Shown piece by piece: positions 12,951 to 26,760 of a stretch of DNA of 64,000 nt; position 1 is the first letter of the stretch, and every line of letters starts with the position of its first letter. The position numbers were made by a program, and so were the translations under genes. Where the stretch lies: contig NC_043004.1 in NCBI RefSeq assembly GCF_006345805.1, positions 12,462,001-12,526,000 on the forward strand, written 5' to 3'. The notes beneath the pieces were generated by a model that ran no database searches, was not told the origin of the DNA, and was given only the letters and a program-made list of their open reading frames with translations. The DNA is from Octopus sinensis (taxonomy: Eukaryota).

Positions 12951-13532
12951 AAGGAAACAAAAATTAAAAAAAATAAAAAAACAAATTAATAAAATGTTAA
13001 GTTGCCGTTAGCAGTAGTAACTCGAAAGTTTCAGCAAACACACACGCACACAGACACACACACTCATACTCATGCACACACACACATTCATATACCCCTC
13101 TTTACATGCACACACATATTCATATAGAGATGAAATGCTGAAAAAATAAATCCACATAAAAATGGAAGTATATATATGAAACCAAAAACCACTATATATA
13201 TATATATATGTATATATACATGCATGCACACATACATACATACATACCTACATACATACATACATATAAATTTGACATCACCCCTTCCTTCCTTATTCCT
13301 CTATCACCCCTTCCTTTCTCATTCATAAACACAAGAGTATTATTATAGCAGATTATCTCGGTAACTATGGGAGCTATGAAAAAATACAAAACCCAGCAAC
13401 CCAACCGGATCATTCTACACATCTGTGTAATTTTCGCGCAATTTCACTCAGCCGTTTCACCGTGAATCCCAAGACAAGAAAGAATCGCCCACATCAAATT
13501 TGTATGTGTATGTGTGTGTGAGTGTGTGTGTG

Positions 13533-13580
<48 letters not shown>

Positions 13581-14137
13581 CACTGTTTACAAATAACACG
13601 GAAAAATAAATAAACAGTTACCAGGGTAGCAAAAATTCGCACAAGTAACAAAGATGTAACAGCTTATTTATAAAGGTTTAGGTGAAATGTTTTGTATTAT
13701 ATAGATAAATATAGATAAATAAATAAATGTAATAGTGAAATGTTTTTTATCCTATTGTCAAAGAATTCCCTTGTAATCACGTTTATAGAACGCGTTTACC
13801 GTTGCAAACATTGGCAGTAACATATCTTTAGTTCCTATAAATGATTTCTACCATTCTATAAATTTCGACCTTTGACTGTCTTCTTACATTGCAGTTCCGC
13901 TAAATATATCTACTTCAATTCTTTTAAGCTTTATTCTAATTCACCTATCACTATATATTTCTCCACTATCAGTTTTCTGCTGATTTCTTTCTTTCTCCTC
14001 CTTCTCTTTCTATAAACTACCTTTGACGTTATATCTATTAACGGTTTTCATTAAAAAAACTTGATATCGTTGCCTTCATCATATACGCAGTCATCACATT
14101 CTGTTAAAATGTCTTATTGATGTGTTTGGTTTCTTTC

Positions 14138-14225
14138 TTTCCCTGATGAGACGATTGCATTGTTTTACACCATTTTATTCCTTCTGGAATAATATTAATG
14201 TTGTCTTCGAAACATATGTCGGAAG
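14138..14225 (+). ncRNA. Minimal type I hammerhead ribozyme motif, stem II base partly decayed
   Basis: Stem I TTTCC(14138-42)/GGAAG(14221-25); core CTGATGA 14143-49; GAAAC 14209-13; palindromic stem III ACATATGT; predicted GUC cleavage after 14220. Stem II strands GAGACGA..CATT / AATGTTGTCTTC pair imperfectly around a long loop. Confidence 0.6.
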
Positions 14226-14246
14226 TATAAATTTGAATAACTCCAT

Positions 14247-14289
<43 letters not shown>

Positions 14290-14330
14290 TGTGATCCAAA
14301 AACATTTCACTAAACCCTAGAGTTTCTACT

Positions 14331-14433
14331 TTTAAAAAATATAACTCGAATAGTCACACAAAATCACTAACTTCATGAGATGTTCAAAGGGATTGCGAGC
14401 GGCAGTGTGGCTATTCGAGTTATATTTTTTAAA
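14331..14433. repeat. 29-bp inverted repeat with 45-nt spacer
   Basis: TTTAAAAAATATAACTCGAATAGTCACAC (14331-59) vs the reverse complement of 14405-14433: 28/29 identical. Confidence 0.9.
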
Positions 14434-14992
14434 CTCTTATTTCTAGTAATTGTAGTTGCTATTTAGTACCCTTATTTATGTATTCTAGCTTTTTGGTTTT
14501 TAATTGCTTTAGCTACTTATATTATTATGTACTTAATATATCATAGTATTCATTTATCGTTATATCTTATAAGCTGCTTTGAATTTTGGCGCTCACTGTT
14601 CAACGGTTATTTTCCTCATGAGCTAATGGGAAGCAAGCTATCTCTTTAACACGGAATAATGTGGGGGGGGGGTTCCCCTGAAGAGAAACGAAACGTTATT
14701 GGTTAAATTTCGAAATCATATGATAGGGTCTTATCAAATTACTTCATTCAGCGATGTTCACCACAATATTTGCATATCTCTGCACCTAATCCATCCATAT
14801 TAGGTGCCTGATATGGATATTTTACGATATCCGATTTTATTTCAGCCGGGGTTCGGAACCTCAGCTTAAACATGTTCAGTTGGCCTTTCAGGTATAGTAT
14901 CAAGAACATATACACACATACATACACACTCAACTACCTATATATCTAGCTAGCTAGCTAGCTAGCTGTCTATATTTATACATATATATATA

Positions 14993-15560
<568 letters not shown>

Positions 15561-15607
15561 TAATCCTGAGAACAAATATTACGAATCAGATATTTATTGG
15601 GTTAATT

Positions 15608-15640
<33 letters not shown>

Positions 15641-16120
15641 TCTATATATAAATTTGTATACAAAGTGTATATATCTGTATTTATGTATATTAAACTTTTT
15701 AATACTTTTGGATAATTATATATATTTTAAAAAAATTATAAATATAATTTAATAATTTTAATTTTAAATTTAAATAATTTAAATTTTTAAATTTTATATT
15801 TTATATGTTTTGTACATTATATTTTTATTTTTATGTTTTGGGTTATGTTTTTCACTGTTTAATTTGCCTCTAATTTAATTTATATTTATATATATATATA
15901 TAATTTGTATACATTTGTATATATAATGCATACACACACACACACACACATATAGATATATAATGCGTGTGTGTATATATATATATATATATTATATTAA
16001 ATTAGAGATAAAACCACTATTAGACAAATCATACAATGAAAAACTTAAGCCAATACATAAGATTAATTAATTTATATTATTTAAAATATATATCAAAATT
16101 ATTAAAAAGATAATATGTAT

Positions 16121-16177
16121 AACACTACGATCGTTTCATGGCTGTCCAATTCGAGTTACAGTCAATCTTCAGGTGAT
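16121..16177 (-). ncRNA. Minimal type I hammerhead ribozyme motif in an AT-rich Penelope-like terminal repeat
   Basis: Minus strand: CAC-CTGAAGA-TTGACTGT/ACAGCCAT (6 of 8 pairs)-GAAAC-GATC-GTA|GTG; stem III ACGATCGT is palindromic; predicted cleavage between 16126 and 16125. An inverted partial copy of the flank lies at 15847-15879. Confidence 0.6.
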
Positions 16178-16430
16178 TGAAATATCTAAAATATAATCAG
16201 AAATATTTAAACAATATTTTTAAGATATAAATAATATATATAATATAATAATTTTACTTATAATAAATTCTATTATCAAACTAGAAACATAGAACTTAAC
16301 AATTATGATTATATCAAAATCGACTATAATGTTAAATATTAATTTTAATTTATAAGGTAGGAAACACATCCATAATCTAATATCGGTATTAGTCTATATC
16401 TAATTACATTTATGTTTGTTTATGTTTTCC

Positions 16431-18345
16431 AGTTTCAGCTCTTGAGCTGTGGCCATGCTGGGGCACCGCAATTTGGTGTTGCTACATGATTTTACCTCAC
16501 GAATGCTTTTTAGCAACTGCCATTTGGTGCATGAGTGAGTTTGATGCAGCTGCCCTCATCTGCACCTCCTGCCGTTAAGTTGGTTCATCCTGGACACCTG
16601 ACAGGAAGTGATCCAGTCCTACTTTAAAGACATCCGCATCCACCCCATGCAGGTCCATCAGGTTCTTCGGGAGGATATTGAAGAGCTGTGGGCCTCGGAA
16701 GCCCAGGCTATCACAGTATCTTGTCCTACATCTTGATGGCAAATTTGGAGTCATTGGCACCACGCAGTGGCGCCCAGTTCTGGCATTTGTGTAACTCTCG
16801 ATGCCAAAGTTTGGGACAAGTCCTTCCAGGATCTTCCAGATGTATATTATGGCATATCTTTCTCGCTTACGCTCCAAGGAATAGAGTTTTAATCTCTTGG
16901 GTCTTTCCCAGTATCTTATATGCTGCACAGAGGCTATCTTCTTCGTGTAGCTTCGTTGGATCGCCTCAAGTTCTGTGATCAACTTGACACTGGATGGTGA
17001 CCATAGCTGAGAGCAATAGTCAAAGTGGCTTAGGAAAAGTGTCTTCCAGAGGACCATCATGGTTTCTTGTTCTCTTGTTCTAAAGGTTCTAAGAATCCAT
17101 CCGGCCAGCCGTCTACATTTCATTGCCAGTTTAGCAACATGTACATGAAAGATTGCGTCATCACTCATGTAAATACCCAGGTCACGCATTGATTGTGCCT
17201 CTGGGATTGCAATCCCTCCGGGTCCAGTGTATTCATTGGGTATTGCATTCAGTTTTGCATGCTGATAGCATAAAGCTTGAAACTTTTCAGCATTGAACTG
17301 CATGCTATTCTTTTCAGCCCACTTGTATATTTTGTCCAGCTCACATTGCAGGTGCTTAGTGTCTTCAGGGTTCTGTATTGCCTGTGAAACTTTTGTATCA
17401 TCTGCATAACTTGTGATCGTGGCTCTCTGCGTGGCTGAGGGCATGTCTGAGAGGGCCATTATGAACAGTAGTGGTTCCAAAACAGTGCCCTGCGGAACAC
17501 CGCTCACTATTTGCGTGTAAATGGAAGTGACAGGAAGTGACTACCACCTGACTTCTATCCTTCAGAAAGTCATGAAGCCATTCTCCCAATTTTCCAACTA
17601 TGCCAAGATCACGCAGTTTGTGACATATCATTCCATGATCGACTTTATCAAAGGCCTTTGCAAAGTCGAGATATATCACTTCCACATTTGAGTGGTTGAG
17701 CAGTCGTTTCAGCACCCAATCATAGTGTTGTAGGAGCTGAGTTAAGCAGCTTCTTCCTGGTCAGAAACCATGTTGGGTGTCAGGCAGCAAGTGATTTTCT
17801 TCAAGGAAGGTGATTAGTTTCCTTCTGACTATTCGTTCCATGACCTTGCTGATGTGTGAGGTCAGAGAGATAGGTCTGTAGTTCTTGGCCTCCGCTCTGC
17901 TACCTCCTTTATGGATTGGGCATATTTTACCTTCCCTCAGTTTTCTTGGAAGTTTGCCAGTTGCAAGGAAGCTCTGAAAGAGAAACTGCAGTGGTCTTGC
18001 TAGTACTCTCTTACATACTTTTAGAAGGATTGCCGGGAATCCATCGGGGCCAGTAGCTGAGTTTGTTTTCATCTCATCTATAGCCTTTATTAGATCGTCT
18101 TCCTTTATATTGATGTAATCAATCATCGCCGCCTCTGACCCCATATCTGCAGTGGTGAAGAAGTCAGTTGGATTGCTGATTTGGAAATGCCCCAGGGGTG
18201 GGGTGAAAACACTCTTGAATTGCTCATTTAGTATTTCACTTACCCTCATTGGATTTCCTGTGAGTGTGGCATCCCTTTCAAGGAGTGGCCCTATCCTACA
18301 GTGCACCGTAGCTGTTTCTTTGGCATACCTGTAGAAAGCTCTACA
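16431..18345 (-). mobile_element. CR1/L2-group LINE, 5' truncated, RT domain and 3' tail
   Basis: SATGPDG, KNYRPISLTSHISKVMERIV, QHGF, VIYLDFAKAFDKVDH, SGVPQGTVLEPLLF, SYADDTK, RDLGI, LKLYSLERKRERY; 3' tail with CAGCTCAAGAGCTG stem-loop; frameshifts present. Confidence 0.92.
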
Positions 18346-20032
18346 GGTATGCCAAGAAAAACGGTTCTTTTTGCTGTTAGAGTCGACTGGACATAAATTT
18401 AAAAGATTTCACCACGTGCTTACATCGACAGGGAAATCCGGCGTGCGTTACTAACTTTAGTGCACTATACTTGGCTTGTAGCAAAATACATTGCGGTTTT
18501 TAACCAAAATATCCCAGTACACCGCTATGAGATAGCAAGTTCTACGGTTTTTAATGAGTTTTCGCCTATTATTTCGTCGATTTATGCAAACCTTTTTGTT
18601 TTTTATCACAGAGCAAAGCAACACGTGTTTACTCTACGAAAGCCGGAAGTATATATTATTTAAAAAGTATATATTATTTTAAATATTTAAAATGACTAAT
18701 ATATATAAATTATCAATGAAAATATATAAATGTATATAAATATTATAATTAAGATCTAAAATAATCTCTATAGATAATTGTATATGCACATATAATAAAA
18801 ACCTAATAAATTTAATTTTTCATAATTAAAGATGAAATAGCTAATTTCAAATTACAAATAAACTAACTTAAACGAACTTTCGGAAATCTTACGTAAAATA
18901 CTTTTTAGAAATAATCAATTCGTAGTAATATAGTATCGAATAAATACTATAAATACTATAAATATAATTATCAATGGGAATAATTATCGAATATAAATTC
19001 AAAGAAATAACTAAGTTATGCTATTAAATTAGACATGGCCTGGACCAATCTTTAGTCGAAACATATCTAAGTTTATCAAAGTTTATCTAAGTTAATTATA
19101 AATTTAAAACTACAATTAATACTATTAAAACATGTATATACAAAAGCCTAACTTAATACGCCTCGTATGCTTGCTATCAAATAACAAATCTATCGCTAAG
19201 ATTTATCTTACGAATAAACTTAAATTTGTGTGCATTATGTGGTCGGTTGTGCTGAAAATATGTACACCTATGTTAAAAGTGCTGGCAAGTTTGCATGACA
19301 ACTATTTTTTTCCTCAAATGAAAGGCGTGACCTCTAGGACAAAATTCCTCATCTTATAAAATGTGGCACGAGTAGACCCAAATGAAATCGGGTTATATTA
19401 ACCAAAATGTGAAAAGGGGTCTAAATGGGGTTGGAAGGTGATTAAAATTTACAGGAGCGGGTGTTTAGGAATTCTCTGTTACATCAATCTAAAAAATTTG
19501 CACTAGCCTTTAAATCGTTAATGTGTTGTTGTCGATGATGAAGTTTTGAATGCTTGTCATGGTGAGTCCACTGTCGTGAGAAAGAATCGCTTCAAAACTT
19601 GGTGTTTAGGAATTTTCTTTTACAACAAGTTCAAAATTTTACGCCAGCCGTTAAACTGCCACTACGTTGCTGTCCGTCGTTAACAAATGCCAGCCATGGT
19701 GACTCTACTATCCTCAGATTCTATCCCTTCAAACTTTGGTTTCCAATATTTTATTATTTTTATTCAGCTCGCAAGTTCGTCTGTCCCTTTTAAATGTTAG
19801 TGTTTTGCTGTCTGCCTTGAAGCAAACCTTTCCGTTGTCACTGCCTGATATTTATGATTGATCTTTCAAAATATTTTATTTCTCAACTTACTCAAGATCT
19901 TTTGTTGTTTATAAATGGAAGAGAGATAGATAAAGATAGAGAGTAAGAGAAAGCGAGGGGGAGTCCGAGAGAAAAGAAAAGTAAGAGATTAGGAAAGTGA
20001 GAGAGAAAGGAGAGAGAAACAAAGAGGGAGAA

Positions 20033-20345
20033 TCATCATCATCATCATCATCGTTTTACGTCCGTTTTCCGTGCTAGCACAGGTTGGACAGTTTGACCGG
20101 GGTCTGGGAAGCCAGGAGGCTGCACCAGGCTCCAGTCTGATCTGGCAGTGTTTCTACAGGTGGATGCCCTTCCTAACGCCAACCACTCTGTGAGTGTAGT
20201 GGGTGCCTTTTTCGCGCCGCCGGCACAGGTGCCAGGGAGCTGGCAGCGGCCACGATCGGTTGGTGCTTTTTACGTGCCACAGGCACAGACGCCAGTCAAG
20301 GCGGCGCTGCAATCGGCCACGTTCGGATGGTACTTTTTACGTGCT
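20033..20345 (-). mobile_element. RTE-type 3' tail / SINE-like element ending in (GAT)n
   Basis: Minus strand GTGGTTGGCGTTAGGAAGGGCATCCA..GGACGTAAAACGATGATGATG; homologs at 42120-42335 (-) and about 50500-50555 (+); contains roughly 60-bp imperfect tandem units. Confidence 0.7.
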
Positions 20346-21864
20346 GAAAGAAAGCAACAGAAAGTAACAACCACACTCTTACCCGCGCGTAGAGCGGGCC
20401 ACCTTAAGCTAGTATATATATATATATATATATGTTGACCCCGGATTTACGAATTTTTCAGACACAAGATCCAAATTTTGAACGAAGTGAATAAGTTTCT
20501 ACTATCATAGGAAATGCTTCTGCGTGTTACTGAGAAATTTACCGAGAATTTTATATATGCAAACAACTTTAGACTTCCTTTTAAAAAGAAATCTACAAGT
20601 CTGTCTACGAGTGTTCTTAATAAATAATTTGTGAAACATAACCTAATCGCTAGTCCTAATAAAAATACTATTAATTTGTTTAAGATTACTCTATGTCTGT
20701 TTCTTCTAAGGACGGCTCAGTTGCTTCTAGTTTATCTGTGTGTGGCTCCTTGTGGGCAGTAAAGAAATAAGAAGCTTGCTTCCCAACCACATGGTCCCAG
20801 GTTTAGTCCCACTTCGCCCCCCCTCCCAGGACACGTGTCTTTTACTATATCCTCGGGCAAACGCCAGAAAATATTTGTCTTTAAAATTTGGTTTGAACTA
20901 CAAACAGCAATTAGCATGAATATTTGACGCTGCAATTTCCACTGCAGTAACAATGGAAATTGTACTGCAGAGCATGCAAGGATAACCCAAAGAAAATAAC
21001 AAAAAACGTGGCCAGAAAATGACTTACTGAAAAAGAACGCCAATTTAGTGTTTCGAGATGAATAACAAAACAAAACAAAAAACAATGTGTTTTGAAAGCC
21101 ATTTTGTTTTTAGTTAAGGCAGATGCGAAATAAAAATTAGGAATTCGGTGATGTGAAGAATTAAGTGAAAGAGTATATGTTGATGAAATCGACATTAAAT
21201 GATTGGTCGGTCACTGAATTCTCAAAGGAAAAGCGATAAATTTATAAACACCTTTATAAAATAAAAAGAAAACAAAAAATTATTGCGAAGTCAACATGTA
21301 GAGACAAGAGACGCCTGACCAGTGGAAAACGATAAACAGTGCATGGATGTCACTGTTTCTGTACTGCATTCAATATTATATTTCATTAATACAGATGAAA
21401 GAAGCATCAAACTTATACAACTGCATTAATATGATCCACTAAAAAGACTTCAAGGCGATGAAGATCAGCATGGCCTCTGTCCAGTAATTTCTATTATTAA
21501 AAGCAAGAAATAGTATAGTTCATGGATAATGCACTTGGTCACTGCTTGCTAGAATCAGCTACAGATTTCCCTCAAATCACACCCTGCATTCTTGGAAATG
21601 AATAAGGAACAAGATAAAATCATCCTAGGAGCATATTGCTAAAAACAATGAAAAATGAAACATCATAACGTCGATATCGCAATAGCTGGAAATTACTTGA
21701 TGAAAGGCCAGCTCCACTAAAGGCAGTCGTAGGTCTAAGCAACAATGACAACAACACTAATGTTTCAGAGCAAAAATATTTAGTTACAAGAAAGTAATAG
21801 AATATCATTATTAATTTCTGCATCAGTTTACTGTCATTTAATGGTAGGCCATCTCTACTCAAAT

Positions 21865-21910
<46 letters not shown>

Positions 21911-21934
21911 TAAGAGCAACAGCAGGAGCAGCTC

Positions 21935-21985
<51 letters not shown>

Positions 21986-22143
21986 TAGTAGTCGTGGTGG
22001 TGGTGGTGGTAGTGGTGGTGGTGGTGGTGGTAGTAGTAGTAGTAGAAGTAGGAGGAGGAGGAGGAGAAGAAGGAGAAGAAGAAGAAGAAGAAGAAGAGAA
22101 GAAGAAGAAGAAGAAGAAGAAGAAGAAGAAGAAGAAGAAGAAA
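21865..22143. repeat. Compound trinucleotide microsatellite (TAA)-(GCA)-(GTA)-(GTG)-(GGA)-(GAA)
   Basis: Directly visible; it generates the homopolymeric ORFs in the track. Confidence 0.95.
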
Positions 22144-22367
22144 GTAAAGTTGCCTTCTCGAGTCATACCGGTTTCAGGGCCTTTATATTCCGCGCCTTGA
22201 TGGGAAGCTAGTCCTTCGTAGGATTACTGATTTTCACCAGATGAGTAAACTGCAGCAACGTGAAATGAAGTGTTTTGCTCAAGAACACAATGGATCGCCC
22301 TGTCCAGGAATCGAAACCTTATTCTTACGATCATGAGTCCAACTCCCTAACCACTAAACCATGCACC
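22141..22367 (-). mobile_element. tRNA-derived SINE family C
   Basis: Minus strand A box TGGTTTAGTGG, B box GTTTCGATTCC, then TTGTGTTCTTGAGCAAAACACTTCATTTCACGTTGC as in 29021. Confidence 0.8.
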
Positions 22368-22508
22368 GGCATTTTTTCTTTTGCTTTTTTTAGCCATAAT
22401 CAATCAGTGTGTACACAAACATATACACATACATTCATACATACATACATATATATATATATATACACACACACACGCACACACACAGACACACACACAC
22501 ACACATAC

Positions 22509-22566
<58 letters not shown>

Positions 22567-22574
22567 GTATATAT

Positions 22575-23201
22575 ATTTTCCTCTAGAGAACATTCTTTGT
22601 AGTTTGATCGTTGGTGATCTATTTCTAGCATACGGCCGACTACCTAGCAGTCTTGCCCTTTCAATATACACATGTATTAGAATTTTCTCTGATTTTTCAG
22701 ATTTTTTGTATGCTAGGCTACTGGTTTTAAATTAATATTAATTTATCTCCCTCATTATTTAAATATTGAAATAAATACGTTCTCTAGTTGGCAGCCGTAA
22801 CCGCAGTAAATTATTTACTGCAGTTCTTCGCTTCAGGAATTTTTAGCGCGCCAGAACTGAGACATTTGAAATTTATCCCTAATGTAATCGGTAAAACTAA
22901 ACACGTGTCTGTTCTGGCACAGAAAGCTGGGGTTAGTTTTTTCGATTGCATTTTGTCTGAACGATCGCACTGACGAAACTACGGACATTTGAATTATGTA
23001 AGTAATTCTTTTGTTAATAGTTGAAACCGAGGTATGTGATTAATTCTGTTTTTTTTATATAATTTTCATCTGTCTTGCCCGCCTAATTGGTTCTGGTGTT
23101 CGCTGAATTTTCCTCTAGAGAACATTCTTTGTAGTTTGAGCGTTGATGATCCATTTGTAGCATACGGCCGACTACCTAGCAGTCTTGCCCTTTCAATATA
23201 C
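22575..23201 (+). mobile_element. 532-bp unit with 95-bp terminal redundancy containing a hammerhead ribozyme (Penelope pLTR / retrozyme-like)
   Basis: Direct repeats 22575-22669 and 23107-23201 (4 mismatches, period 532); flanked by (TA)n on both sides; no recognisable coding sequence. Confidence 0.75.
22965..23039 (+). ncRNA. Minimal type I hammerhead ribozyme, intact core
   Basis: Stem I TCGCA/TGTGA (5 pairs, one G-U); core CTGACGA 22970-76; stem II AACTA/TAGTT with 36-nt loop; GAAAC 23023-27; stem III ACCGAGGT; predicted GUA cleavage after 23034. Confidence 0.8.
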
Positions 23202-23204
23202 GTA

Positions 23205-23288
<84 letters not shown>

Positions 23289-23317
23289 TATATATATATA
23301 TTATATATATATATATG

Positions 23318-23452
23318 TATATATGCGACAGACTTCTTTCAGTTTTCGTCTACCAAATCTACTCACTTGCACAAGGTGCTACGCATTGGGAATGAACCCG
23401 GAACCATGTGGTTGGGAACCAAGCTTCTTAACACACAGCCACGTCTGCGCCT
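23318..23452 (-). mobile_element. SINE family A head fragment
   Basis: Reverse complement of the family A head (GAACCATGTGGTTGGGAACCAAGCTTCTTAACACACAGCCAC). Confidence 0.75.
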
Positions 23453-24096
23453 GTGTATTATATATTATATAAAACAGATATCCGCAGAGTTTCACCCACA
23501 CGCTATTGTTAGGTCGGGTGCTATGGGGAAGGTACTTGTCCAAAATGCTGTGTTGTGGGACTGAACACGAAACCAGGCGAACGTACGTGTATCTATGTAC
23601 TATATAAATTTTTTTGTTGAATTTGCGATGATGACAATCACGATGGCAACAGTGAGAAAGACAAGGAGGAGGAGGAGGAGGTAGAGGAGGAGGTAGAGGA
23701 GGAGGAAGATAGGAGAGGAATAAGTTTTAAATCTAGCGAATTGGTTTGCATATGTGCTATGCATTATAGACTTTCACCACATTCCTGATGCGTCTACCTA
23801 TATGGAAGCAAAAACCAATGCTTGTGAAAGAATGCATACACACATGCTATAACTGTCTAAACTTAATGGTTTACGTCCATTGTTCCAAGCCAGCATGAGA
23901 TGAATGGTTGTGCAAATAGGATGCATTGAATATTCCACGGGAAAATTAAACACTATCTGGTTCTTAAAATAAATACACTATATCGAACAATATACCATAC
24001 ACAATACATATATATAATATGAGTGTATGTGTGCGTGTGTGTATGTGTATATATATATGTGTATATAAATATACATACATATATATACATATATAT

Positions 24097-24173
<77 letters not shown>

Positions 24174-24280
24174 GTGCTTGTGTGAATATATGTACGTTAT
24201 GTATCTCTCTGTCTATTTATTTATCTATCTATTTCTCTCTCTCTCTTTAGCTGTCTATCTATTTCTCTCTCCCCTCTCTT

Positions 24281-24329
<49 letters not shown>

Positions 24330-24385
24330 TATATATTATATATATATATACATATACATATATATATATACATGTACATATATAA

Positions 24386-24424
<39 letters not shown>

Positions 24425-24483
24425 ATATATATATATATACAAATATTATATATATGATATATAATATATAATATATATATGTA

Positions 24484-24522
<39 letters not shown>

Positions 24523-25202
24523 GAATATTTTGTCACAAATGTGTGTATCATATATGCTTAAGATATTTGTAAAAGAGGGTTTTATATACTAATGTATAGG
24601 GAAAAAAAAAACTGTTTTGTATATAATAAGCATATTATAAAATGTTTAATAAAAGACTTCTTTTATATATACTAAATGTATTTGTAAAAGTAGATTTTTT
24701 TATAGTAAATATGTAGTTAAAAAAAGATCATATTTTTTACTATACAAGTCTAGTGGAATGTCTAGTAAAAACTTCGTTTTATAAACTAAATGTGTCTAAA
24801 AGTATGATTTATATACTCAATCTATTTGAAAAACCATATTATGTATATTAACTGCGTAGTAAGTGACAATATGCTTCAAAATAAACCTATAGCCAAATGT
24901 TTCGTAAAAGTCTGCTTCATATACTGATCGTATGATTCATATGAATTTAAAAAGGCTTCTTTATGTATAAAACGTATAGTAAGCATGTGGTTTATGTACT
25001 AAATGGGGGGGGAAGAAAATTAAAGAAATAAAAGCACACACTCTAGAGATATTTTTGCGCTAAGTCCAAACTAAATACTTTTAGGTAGAATGAATGTTAC
25101 AGTCCAAACGATTTTGTGATTTTATTTAGCCTTAAGTTTATCACTGATCGAGGAAATTTAAGATCAAATATATCCAAAGTAAGACCGTTTTTTTTTCTTT
25201 CG

Positions 25203-25372
25203 TGCATAGTAAGAGTGGCTGTGTGGTAAGTAGCTTATTTACCAACCACATGGTTCCGGGTTCAGTCCCACTGCGTGGCACCTTGGGCAGGTGTCTTCTA
25301 CTACAGCCTCGGGCCGACCAAAGCCTTATGAGTGGATTTGGTAGACGGAGGCTGAAGGAGGCCCGTCGTATG

Positions 25373-25446
<74 letters not shown>

Positions 25447-25640
25447 TCCCCCTAGCATTGCTTGACAACCGATGCTAGTGTGTTTATGTCCCCGTCACTT
25501 AGCGGTTCGGCAAAAGAGACCGATAGAATAAGTACTGGGCTTACAAAGAATAAGTCCCGGGGTCGAGTTGCTCGATTAAAGGTGGTGCTCCACCATTATC
25601 CGCAGTCAAATGACTGAAACAAGTAAAAAGTAAGTAAGTA
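25203..25640 (+). mobile_element. SINE family A, full length reference copy
   Basis: tRNA-like head with GGTTCAGTCCC B box, body, internal (TA)n(TG)n at about 25370-25445, tail ending CAGTCAAATGACTGAAACAAGTAAAAG with short AAGT repeats. Confidence 0.92.
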
Positions 25641-26592
25641 AAAAAAGTAAGTAAGTAATTCATAGACTTTAATATATCCTTCCATTTTTAAAACAGTATC
25701 TGTCAAGAGTGTCATGGTAATTATTTAGCTATAAGGTATGTATGTAGTTATATGAATTGCGGTTTTAAGATCTGATATATTATGTCCTCTGTTAAATGAA
25801 TCCAGGACGGATAATAATAAACAAATTCAAAGACAAGTTGCAATTGACCGCTAGGAAATATTTATTACTGGTGTTAAAGTTAGATACAGCAATCTGGTTG
25901 GACATTAATAATTGTCAATACATTGTGTAGTTTTAAAGCTCATAAAAATGATAATAGAAAGATTAGAAAAACCTAAAGTACAGCATCACACAAATTCTGG
26001 TTACAATTCTATTCAAATATTGGTAAGACGCGAGGCATAACGTCAAGAATTCTGGCTTGAATTTTGTACAAGCTGAAAACTGTTAAGTGAAATGAAACTG
26101 TTCTCACAGCAAGGTCCCAGGTCACCCGTAGCAAATCTCTCCTCCCTAGGAACTTGGCGGGCCAAAACATCCCATTTTATAGCCAATACACAGACGCTAG
26201 ACGACTCCATCACGTTAAAGAGGTGGACGGTCCAAGTAAAACTAAATGGATCCAATTATCAAGTGGTGAACCAAAATGGATAGTTACAAGTAAAAAGCCA
26301 TAATGTGGGCAGCTAAAGTTCAAGAGTGATCATTCTTTCGCTACAATTACATTGATTATCACATTAACTAAAGTTGACTCACATTCTGAATATCAAACTA
26401 ATGTTCTCTCGTAGATACGAGAACCCTTGTCGGTTAGACACTCTCACATACCGTCTTTTTTCAAAACTCAAGCTACTATCAGGAATGAAGTTCACAAAGC
26501 TTCTATATTTTGGGCTTACACAAGTCACCACACAAGACCATTCTTACAGGAAGTGTGTGGGGTGTGGGTTGGGGAAAGAGCTAGAAGCCGTC

Positions 26593-26760
26593 AAAGATGT
26601 TTGCGAACTGACGACAGCAAAGAATGGCTTGGAAATAAGGTCCAAGTAATTGCATGCATGCAGCACAGCACAAAGGAAGGTGGAGAGTTTTGGCAAGCCG
26701 ACCATTGGACATAGAGAGGGCAGCGAACTGAGAGATAGTGATTATCACAACAAACGCTTC
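26593..26760 (+). repeat. Dispersed repeat, copy 2 (see 3501-3667)
   Basis: Near-identical to 3501-3667. Confidence 0.6.

Noticed and set aside
19030-19075. GTC-GAAAC-ATAT-CTA in an AT-rich block
   Set aside because: Stem III mismatch and no recognisable 5' core.
21841-22200. Homopolymer and dipeptide ORFs from microsatellites, here and at 34876-35461, 37505-37866, 43589-44146, 56135-57456 and others
   Set aside because: Translations of simple repeats, not genes.
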